From Lama glama (taxonomy: Eukaryota), in assembly GCA_028534125.1 (NCBI GenBank), contig CM052816.1, positions 55,492,001 through 55,556,000 of the forward strand: a stretch of DNA of 64,000 nt, in the 5' to 3' direction. Shown here piece by piece: positions 12,572-64,000 of this stretch (position 1 is its first letter; each line of letters starts with the position of its first letter). Below the pieces are notes generated by a model. The model did not search any database. It had not been told where the DNA came from and was given only the letters and a program-made list of their open reading frames with translations. A program made the position numbers and the translations under genes.

Positions 12572-13071
12572 NNNNNNNNNNNNNNNNNNNNNNNNNNNNN
12601 NNNNNNNNNNNNNNNNNNNNNNNNNNNNNNNNNNNNNNNNNNNNNNNNNNNNNNNNNNNNNNNNNNNNNNNNNNNNNNNNNNNNNNNNNNNNNNNNNNNN
12701 NNNNNNNNNNNNNNNNNNNNNNNNNNNNNNNNNNNNNNNNNNNNNNNNNNNNNNNNNNNNNNNNNNNNNNNNNNNNNNNNNNNNNNNNNNNNNNNNNNNN
12801 NNNNNNNNNNNNNNNNNNNNNNNNNNNNNNNNNNNNNNNNNNNNNNNNNNNNNNNNNNNNNNNNNNNNNNNNNNNNNNNNNNNNNNNNNNNNNNNNNNNN
12901 NNNNNNNNNNNNNNNNNNNNNNNNNNNNNNNNNNNNNNNNNNNNNNNNNNNNNNNNNNNNNNNNNNNNNNNNNNNNNNNNNNNNNNNNNNNNNNNNNNNN
13001 NNNNNNNNNNNNNNNNNNNNNNNNNNNNNNNNNNNNNNNNNNNNNNNNNNNNNNNNNNNNNNNNNNNNNNN
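12572..13071. other. Assembly gap (exactly 500 N)
   Basis: Run of N. The round length suggests a placeholder of unknown true size. Confidence 0.99.
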
Positions 13072-13189
13072 GGCACCTTTTAACATGGCTCAGTAAAAGT
13101 AATCATCCTTTGCAAACCTCAGTCTCCTGCAAATTCCTGTGAGTACTGGCAGTCTCAAGGTCCTCAGTCACCTTTGTGGTCCTAAACTA

Positions 13190-54607
<41,418 letters not shown>

Positions 54608-56440
54608 TTAAGGGGTTGAAGAGAAAGCAAATCTCACGTGGCAAACCTTGGAACTGAAAACCTGACACAACAGACTTGAGCCTTTCCCATTCTGCTATTC
54701 TGGACGTGGGACCTTTGCTTCAATATTTTATAAAGCCGTATTATCAAGATTCTACTTTCTCCTCACACTGCAAGTGTTTTCACAGCCTTAAAAATCTTCC
54801 CAGTCCCCAACAAAACGTTATTCCCAGGGACCACCCTGAAGTCAGCAATGCAGTATTGCTCTGGGAGATGGGAGGGTGGCCATGGACTTTCCAGGGGCCG
54901 TTGTTTATAAAATGTTTGTACAAGATTAGACAGGGAGGAGCCAAGTGCTCCATACGAGCTTACAGACAGAAAACTGTTGTCTGCAGAACCCTGCGCATAA
55001 TGCCAGACCTGCAGAAACAAAACCTTAAAATGCAGCACGTTATATAAACATGCACAAAGGCTAAAAGGGCTGAACATGTTTTATTCTCATGTATATAAAA
55101 GGAGATAAAAGTAGACTAACACTTTTAACTATAAACATTAACATTACAATACACTGTGAACATTACAGATCACACACATATATACATTCAGATGGCAGGT
55201 TTTATTAAATAGCCTAGAGAAGAGGCCAAGATTTACGGAGTTGGTCTTTGTTTGTTTATTGTAGTTGGGTTGTTGGGGGTTTGTTTGTTTTTTTGGTGGG
55301 TTTTTTTTTTTGGTAATATAAAGGAGCTGGAAAACACTCAGGGAACAGTCCCAACATTGGGGGATTAAGTCAAAATTGGAATGATCTGAAATCAGCAATA
55401 GACCATCTTCAAAAAGAAAGGACTCTAAGAGAGGTTTGACGGATGTGTCGTTGAGTGGTTTCCCTAGCATCTGCCAGGGACTTTTCAGAATATTACCAAG
55501 TCCAATCAAAGACCAGGGAGTATCTTCCTGGGAGATACACATATTCATTCTATCGCTTGCACCACTCCCTTTCTACCCCTACTCTTGTTCCAATCTAAGT
55601 AACTTCAACATCCATGTAGACGGTTAACCCAGTAGCTTGGTCTCTCAGTTCCCTGACCCCCCCTCACCTCCAATAGTCTTTTCCTCACCTGACCTTAGCC
55701 ATCTGATTTCAGGGTCATGCTCTTGACATGACCACCCTCAAACACTGCACTACTCCTGACATCGTCAGGAATCCCGTTCTCTGGTCATCACCTCATCCAT
55801 TCAGCTCACCTGCTCTAGTTTTCCCAGCCCGGAAATTCTGTGACCTCATCAAGTCCTCCACTTCCATCTTCTCACATCTTTTCATATTATCCACCCCTTA
55901 GGCCCTTAACTTCCCTCCGCACCCAGTTTAGATCCTATGGTCCATCTGTGAACTCACTTCCATGCAAACACATTTACCTCCCTCACATTCTCTTCTCTCA
56001 TCAGACTAGTTGACAGGATCCAGTTCTGAGATTAAACCCAACTGCTGTCTGCTCCATTTCTGCACCTGAACAGCTAAATGGTACTGGAGAAAAACACACA
56101 ACCATGCAGTGGCAGACAGTGCTAGTGCTCATCAACATCGGATGCTCCCCTCCTATCTGAACTCATGGATAAGTGCACACCCAAGCCTGCGTGCAGTCAG
56201 GTGAGGTAGCAGGAGTGACGGTGTGTCACCTCGGGCTACGTCAGTGCAAAGCCCCTGTATGTCATGGTCCAGGTCTCTCTTCCCCTGTCTTGTCAATCCT
56301 GAAAGCTATATATTTATTTTTGTTTGTTTGTTCTTTTTTCTCTCTTTTCTTTTCTTTTTGTTTTTTTTTCTTTTTTGTTTTTTAAATTCAAAAAACTTTT
56401 TAAAAATTTTTTTTCAAAGCTGTATATTTAAATGCAGGGG

Positions 56441-56801
56441 TGTTCTAGCTGAATTGTATCCCCTTAAAATTCATGTTGAAATTCTAACCCCCAGTACCTC
56501 AAAATGTGACTATACTTGGTGATAAGTTCTTTAAAGAGGTAATTAAAATTAGATCATTTGGATGGGCCCTTACTCAATATGGCTGGAGTCCTATAAAAGA
56601 GGAATACATGGCTACAGACATGATAGAAGGAAGACCATGTGAAGATGCAGGGAGGAGATGGCCAGCTAGAAGTCAGAGAGTGAGACCTCAGAAGAAACCA
56701 GCTCTGCCAGCACCTTGACCTCACACTTCATCAAGAACCGTGAGATAAATTGTTGATGTGTTTGCGGCACCATGTCATGGCAGCCATAGCAAACTAATAC
56801 A
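56441..56801 (+). mobile_element. MaLR LTR (MLT1A/B-like)
   Basis: tgttctagctgaattgtatcccc...ggcagccatagcaaactaataca. Confidence 0.8.
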
Positions 56802-56836
56802 AGAGGTAGCAAGATGGCAGAACCTCCATCAGTTTG

Positions 56837-57331
56837 GTATTGGGAGACAGTTCTCCATGGGTCTCTTACACTTCTGCACATCTTACAAGCAGCAGCACTG
56901 GCTGCCTTTGCTCTGGACCATCTTTTCCAGGATGTTTATATAGCGAACTGTACTGGAAAAGAGAGCTAATGTCTTCCTCTGGAGCAAGAGGCAGGTTTGC
57001 CTACATCCTTGAAAAACAATGAGAGTAAGGCAAGCTTACTGCCCACTACAAGTGACTGGGGTTCCCCAAATGAAAGATTCTTCCTTGACACAACCCACTG
57101 CATGTGCAGGTTAGACTTGGTGCTCTCGGCATCTCCCTGTGGGAACCGGGGTGTGGAGAACCGACACAAATACTGACACTCTGGCTACTGCTCCTACTGT
57201 AAATAATAAAATCTTACTACCTTTAGTACCTGATCCAGAAGTATCGTCTGCTAGCCTCTATGATACCAGGGTAGGCTAACTCATTAGCTTGCAAGTAGAG
57301 TAAAATCTTGGCCCCTCTACAGACCTTGACA
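56837..57331 (+). mobile_element. Solo ERV LTR (MER/LTR class, family not assigned)
   Basis: Starts gtattgggagacagttctccatggg, contains AATAAA at about 57205, ends gaccttgaca. Confidence 0.65.
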
Positions 57332-59158
57332 CATGGGTTCCTGAGAGTCTCAGTAGAGTAGAGACCCTCATATTGCACACATGTATGAGCAAGAAGTAGT
57401 TCGTTATTATATTGAGTCACTCAGATTGAGGGGTTATTTGTTGCTGCAGGAAAAGCTAGTCTATCCTCACTGATACACATACTAACATGCTACACATAAA
57501 TAACATGCTCCTAAATTCTTACCCACTAATCTCAAGTAGGATCTCAGCACAGCAATCCTACTACATTTCCCCAGTATTTCATTCTCCAAAATTTCATGCT
57601 TTTTCTTTCTCTTCAAATGTCCTCATCTACTAATTTACCTTATTTAGTGTCCACCATTACCATCATCTGCTTCACAAATGATAATATTACGTAGGGAAAA
57701 TAAAAGCAATCAGATAGGAATTCCCACATCTTCCCACCACTAAGTCAACCAACCACCTATCGACATTTATACCCACACTCTTTGCTTGTATTACTGTTAC
57801 AATGATGAAGCATCCTTGTGCCTGCCCAAGGTCAACCCCTCCACTTGGGCTCTGAATCCCATCCCTTCTCAGCTTTTAAATTGTTTCATATATCAATCTC
57901 CTGGAAATTATCCCCTTTCTCCTCTGCATCATTTACTCTCTCTCCAGTGGAACACTTTCCTCAACATATACAGAGATGCTATAATACCTCCAGTGCCTCC
58001 AGTGTAAAAAAAAAAAATCCCTTCACATTCCTTTCCCACTGCCACTTCATTTCTCAGTCTCCCATTACCCCCAAACTTCTTAGAAGTATTCTATAATGAT
58101 GTCTCTACATACTCAATCTCCCCATCTCATCTCAACCCATGCAAATCAGACATCACTCCCATCACTCCACTGAAACTGCTCTTAACAGGGTCGCTCCATC
58201 TTGCTAAAATCCAGTCATCACTTCTCTGTCCTGTATGCAGAACTCTTGGCAGATTGGACACAGGACCACACCCTCCTTGTAGCAGTTCTTCTCTAGGCTT
58301 CTGTGAGACCATCTGTTCCTTTCCGGTTCCTTTCACTGGTTCTTCCTCCTCTGCTTGATCTCCAAATGTCAAAGCACCCTAGGATTTTTATAAAACTAAC
58401 AACCTGACGGAATAGATATTACTGCCCCCATCTTACAGATGAGGAAACTGAGACCTAGAAAGCTAAATCACTTGAGCATACCTTAAAGATAATAAATGAC
58501 AGAACTCTCCTAGGCAGCCTGAATTGAACCCCCAAGCTTCCAGTCACTGCACGTGTCCAGGGTGTCAGCATGAGAGTGTAGTGCTGAAGGAGAGATCCAA
58601 ATTACCCACTTGCCATATGCTTTAGCGAATGCATTCTGCCAGTTAGGCCGGACTTCTCCCAGCTCCCCACCTTGGTTCCTACACAGCCCTGACCCTAGCT
58701 CCTTGCCCCTATGTGTGAATCTAGTGGAAGGGAAGTTCTAGTTCCAGGTCCTTCTTCCTCTTTGGTATATCCCAGGGCAAATCAAGACCTCACTATGCCC
58801 TGAAATGTGACACAAAGATTCTATTCTGTCCCTGAAGTTGAATATCTTGCCACTTTTCTACCATATCTATAAAGAAAATTAATTTTAAGGATGTTTCTAA
58901 GACAATTGGGAAGCACCATAAAAGACTCTTGAACCACTAAATCAATGGTTCATAGCTCTGGCTTCACGATGAAATCAACTGGGTTCCTTTAAAGTACAAA
59001 ATCCACATTAGGTTCTTCAACCCAAGCTAATTACATCAGAATCTTTAGGGGCTCAAAATGTTCACTGACTTGCCCACAACTTACTAATCAGGTAACCCTG
59101 TAACAATTCTGAATTTTAGTATCCTAACCTGTGAAATGGAGATTATAAAACCTATCTT

Positions 59159-59360
59159 CAGTGGTGTGAAAAAGCCAGCTTTTACAGGCTTGTAGAACCT
59201 ACTTTGTGTATCTCTTCCCCACTTTGTGTTCAGTGACATCACACTGTAGTTTGAAATCAGTCATGGTGGAAGTATTACACAAAGGAAAACGGAAAATACT
59301 ACAAATCAGAACTTTCTCCCCGAGAGAGCTGGTAGTTAAACATTTATCAACACACCACTG
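59159..59360. mobile_element. MER63-like hAT DNA transposon
   Basis: Terminal inverted repeats cagtggtgtg / cacaccactg. Confidence 0.75.
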
Positions 59361-59691
59361 ACCACCTGCCTGCTAATAACTGACAGAGTTGAGAAAATGA
59401 CCCAGAAAAAAAATCATAAACATATCAATTGACTAAATAGTATTTAGAGGAGTACTTTACTATATATGTATTAAAAATTATAATGGATGAGATCAAGGAA
59501 AGGTTAAATGTTCAATCAAAAACAGCAGGTTACAGAGAGCTGTATCATTCACTTAAACTTTTAGGGGTCAAGCATGCTAATGCCTTCAGTAGCTAAGCAA
59601 GTATGACAAAAAGGGTCAGAACATGAGGGGACCATGCTGAGCTAGAAAAACAAATCCAGGCTCTTCTTACATTTCATTCTGATGGTACCAC

Positions 59692-60183
59692 TGTAACAGG
59701 GAGAACAAATCTGACTCCATACTGGATCTGTGTCTTTTACTTTAACCTTTGTATTCTATTGCTTTTGCTACAAGTTAAGGATGTTGCCTGTAGCCTGAAA
59801 TATACATGATACCCCATTCTCAAGGCTTTAACCTTTAAAGGTATAACACTTACCCCTTTGAGATAAAAAGTTGTAGAACAAAGAATAACGTTTGTCTTAG
59901 GGGAGGTTTACGGGAACGTGGTGAACTGACCTATGTGGACAGCTGCAAGAACAAAGGATTCTGATACCAAGAAGTCTGCAACAACCAACCACACCTCCTC
60001 CACTTTTAGTATAAAAGAAGCCTGAATTCTGACTTGGGTCAGATGGTTCTTTGGGACACTAGCCCATCATTTTCTCTGACTGCTGGCTTTCCAAATAAAG
60101 TCACTATTCCTTGCCCCAACAACTTGTCTCTCGATTTACTGGCCTGTTGTGCAGCGAGCAGTACAAGGTTGGACTCAGTAACA
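59692..60183 (+). mobile_element. Solo ERV1-class LTR (492 bp)
   Basis: TGTAACA...GTAACA ends, TATAAAA, AATAAA, perfect 4-bp TSD ccac (59688-59691 / 60184-60187). Confidence 0.88.
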
Positions 60184-60529
60184 CCACCTCTGAAAAACCA
60201 TACCTGACCAGCCAATTCTCCTTTCCTCATCCTTCTCTACTCTGACGCCCTACTTCATTCTTTCTTCATATCATTAGTTGTTATCTAACATTACAACACA
60301 TATATTTGTTCACTTGTTCACTGTCTGCTTCTGTCACTTGAACACACTATCTAAGCGGAAAGAAAAAATCCCAGGGCCCAGTGCTAGCAGGCATTCAATA
60401 AATTCTGTTGGATGGATGGATAGAAGGGTTGGGTAGCCTCTATCCACTTCCAGAAGAATACTGCCAAGAAGGAATGTAGGCCCAATATTAGCAGAACTTC
60501 CAATTTTTGAAGAAGAAGAAAAAAAACTG

Positions 60530-63170
60530 GGCAATGAATCAAAGAAGAAATCTCAAGAGAAATTATAAAATATTTTAACTGAATGAAAATAAAAATAAAA
60601 TATATTAAAGTGTGTGGGATGCGGCTAAAGCTTACAGCACTAAGTTATTAGAAAAGAAGAAAGGTCTCAAGTCAATATCTAAGCCCCTACCTTGAGAGAG
60701 TCAAAAATGAAGGGCAAGATAAACCTAAATCAAGCAGAGAGAAGAAAAATAACAAAGGTAAAAGCACTATTCAATGAAACTGAAAACAGAAAAACAATAG
60801 CGAAAATCAGTAAAAATAAAAGCTGGTTCTTTGAAGACATCAATAAAATCAATAAACCTCTAGCAAGACTGAGTAAGACAAAAAAGAGAAAGGGCACAAA
60901 TTACCAACATAAGGAATGAAAGAGAGCGTAGCACTATAGTCCTCACAGACATTAAAAGGATAATAAGAGAATTATTATGAACAACTCCATGCACAGAAAT
61001 TCAACAACTTAGATGAAATGGAACAACCCTCAAAAAACACAAGTTGCCAAAAATATATAGATAACCTGAATAATCCTGTAACTATTAAAGAAATGGACTT
61101 TGTAGTCTAAAATATTCCAAAAAATAAGTCCCCATGCCCAGATAGTTTCACTAGTGAATTCTACCATACATTTAAAGGGTAACACCAAGTCTATACTCTC
61201 TCTTCCAGATAACAGCAGAGGAGGAAATATATCTTATAAGCCCAGCATTTCCTTGATTCTAAAACCAGATAAAGACATTACAAGAATAGAAAACTACAAA
61301 CCAATATCCCTCAACAACAAAGACTGAAAACTCCTCAAACATTGTCAAATCAAATCCAGTCTTACATGAAAAGTATAATACACCATAACCACCTGGGGCT
61401 TATCCTGACAAAGCAAGACCACATCCATATCTGAAAGTCAATCAGTAATCTACCATATTAGTAGTCTAAAAAAGAAATTGTTTCAATTGATGCAAAAAAA
61501 GCATTTTAAAAATTCAACATCTATTCATGATCAAAAACAAAAACAAACAAAATCTTCTTAGCAAACTAGGAATGGAAGGGAATTTTCTAACCTGATAAAG
61601 AACAGCTACAAAAAACTGAGAGCTAACGTCATACTGAATCATAAAAATCTCAACGCTTCCTTTGCATATCAGGAATGGAGAGGCCAACTCTCACTCCTTT
61701 TTTAAAACATTGTGCTAGAAGTTCTAGTCAGTACAATAAAGCAGTAAAAGTAAAAGGATACATATTGGCAAGAAATCAAACTGTCTTTAGTTTACTTGCA
61801 GATAACTTGATTGTCTCCATATAAAATCCAAACGAATATACAAAGCAGCTTAGCAAAATTGCAGGATACACAATCAGCACATAAAAATCAACAGTGTTTC
61901 TACATACCAACACAACAAATGAAAACTAAAATTTAAAAAATAATACTAATAGATTTTAAATTATAATAATTCCAACAGATCCAAAAGATAAAAATACTTA
62001 AGTATACTTACAAAAACTACCGAGCCAAAGTTGTAGTTTCCCTATACCAAAAAAATACAAAATGCTGATGAAAGAAATCAAGGGATATCTAAATAAATGA
62101 AAAGATATATTATGTCTATGATTAGAAGACTTAACATAGTAAAAACATCAGTTCTCCCATGACTGATTGATCGATCTATCGATCGATCTACCTATCTATC
62201 TATCTATCTATCTATAATGCAATTCAACCAAATGCCAGAAGATATTTTGTAGCTACAGATAAGTTGATTCTAAAATGTATATAGAGAAGCAAAAAAAAAA
62301 AACAAACCAAAAACAAACAAACAAAAAACCCCACTAGAATAGCCAAAACAACTTAAAAAAAGAATAAAGTTGAAGGAGTCACAGTACATAATTTTATCAT
62401 AAATCTACAATAACCAATGGTATTGGCAAAGAGATGGACACATAGATCAACGGAATAACATAAATAATAAATAATAATAACCGATTGTGAGAAATAAACC
62501 TTCACAAATATAACCATTGATTTTCAACAAAAGTTTGAACGTCTTGACAATAGAGAAAGGATGATTATTTCAACAAAGGGTATTTGAACAACTGGACAGC
62601 CAAATGAAAAAATAGGAACTTTGAGATAAACTTTGCACTTTACACAAAAATTCACTCAAAAATAAGTCATAGATGTAAATGTAAAACATAAAACCATAAA
62701 ACTTTTTACAAGAAAACACAGGAGAAAAGCTTCATAAACTGGGATTAGGAAAAGAGTTCTGTCTTACATATGACACCAACAGCATGACCATAAAAGAAAA
62801 CAAAGATAAATTGGACCTCATCCAAACTTAAAACTTCCTTCCATGAAAAGCACTATTAAGAGACTCAAAAGACAAGCTACAGACTGGGGGAATATATTTG
62901 CAAATTACACATCTGACAAATGAACTATATTCAAAATATATAAGGTATTCTCAGAATTCAAGAGTAAGAAAACAAAACCCAATGAAAAAAATAGGGAAAA
63001 GACTTCAAGGGAACAAAGACAAAACAAAAAGGATGTACAGATGGCAAATAAGCAATGAAAACATGTTCACCATCATTAGCCATTAGGGAAATGTAAATTA
63101 AAACCACGAGGAGATACCAATACACACCTACTAGAAAGGCTAAAATTTAAAAATACTGACAATATCAAAT
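60530..63170 (+). mobile_element. Degraded LINE-1 ORF2 region with many stops and frameshifts; contains (TCTA)n at about 62170-62215
   Basis: ORF2-like peptides such as KSWFFEDINKINKPLARL, and gaaaactacaaaccaatatccctc (NY-x-PISL motif). Confidence 0.9.
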
Positions 63171-63174
63171 TTAA

Positions 63175-63685
63175 GCTTCTTTCTTAGGGCATCAAGGCCA
63201 TGTGTGAACTGGTTCCATGTACACCCCTACCTCATTTGGTCTCCCTGTCACTCCTAATATCCAACTAGTCTGATCTTCCTCCTCTTTCAAGAACACATCA
63301 ATTTCATTCCTGCCTTGCATTTGCTGTTACTCTTGCTTAAAATGCTCTCCCCTCTGAACTTCCCATGGTTGGTTCCTTCCTATCATTCAGATATTTGTTC
63401 AAATGTCCTGTCTGCCTTGACCACCAAATCTGAAGTCCCCCTGTGTCCTTGTCCCAGTCTCGTCACCCTATTCCATGACCTCCACAGCACTTAACCACTA
63501 CCTTAAAATATCTTATTCATTTATTTGCTGACTGATCTCATCATGTATCAACCCTCCACCAGAACCAGAATCTGAGCTCCACTAGAATAGGGGCTGTCAT
63601 GCTCTCTCTGCATCCTCAAATCTAGACTATGTCTAGTAAGTAGTAAGCACTTGAAAATATTTCTAGAACGATGGATGGATCATGG
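63175..63685 (+). mobile_element. LINE-2 3' end
   Basis: L2 tail ...agtaagcacttgaaaatatttctagaacgatggatggat. Confidence 0.6.
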
Positions 63686-64000
63686 ACAAAATGACTGAAC
63701 ATTATATTAAGACGTTTTTGCTGTTCTGCCCTCTAGGCTGGTCTTCAGGAAATGAGGGTACTTCCCACTTGGATGGTGTGCCCCTTAAGAGACTTGACGT
63801 CATTCTCAACTTTGAGGGCTCTTCAACAGAGTGCCTCATGTTATGTTATAAATTATTCCCAAGGCATAGATGATCCACTCCGTGCTTTAAAGGCTTAAGT
63901 ACAGAAAGATTAAGAGACGTATTTAAAGTCACACAGTAAACCAGTGCATGAGTCAGGACATACGAGATAACAGCACGTGCAACTCTTTCCTTATTTGTAA

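Larger units (their letters stand above)
55540..58380 (+). mobile_element. LINE-2 relic interrupted by nested LTR elements (about 56105-57476)
   Basis: L2-like motifs (aacttcaacatccatgtag, actccactgaaactgctctt, ctaggcttctgtgagacc) on both sides of the LTR block. Confidence 0.6.

Noticed and set aside
12492..13142. The 173-216 aa ORFs in the ORF track
   Set aside because: They are artefacts of translating the N gap.
60530..63170. Functional reverse transcriptase gene
   Set aside because: It is an old L1 ORF2 with many stops, indels and an internal microsatellite.

Overview
This is mammalian genomic DNA, probably camelid, inferred from two tRNA-Ala-derived Vic-1-type SINEs and artiodactyl-type L1 tails. 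It is not prokaryotic. Two convergent spliced genes are present. On the + strand are the last four coding exons of POC5 (446-599, 4220-4470, 7874-8050, 10591-10734), with an intact frame and stop. On the - strand are twelve internal exons of ANKDD1B (ankyrin repeats plus death domain, 54573 to 13324). The first ANKDD1B exon is not in the window. Its last coding exons are not visible and probably lie in the 500-N assembly gap at 12572-13071. The main finding is that ANKDD1B looks like a decaying gene here: there is an in-frame TGA at 34378-34380 in an ankyrin exon and radical substitutions at consensus positions in several other exons, while all splice sites remain GT-AG. The stop-bearing exon is a 99-nt phase-0 module, so exon skipping could rescue the frame. 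The introns hold many transposable elements: a HAL1-like L1 (ORF1 joined directly to the end of ORF2) carrying a nested solo LTR, two opposite-strand L1 tails inserted at one TTTTAAAA site, solo ERV LTRs, DNA transposon relics, L2 and MIR. I see no evidence of a new multi-gene system. Gene and repeat names come from recalled sequences, not database searches.
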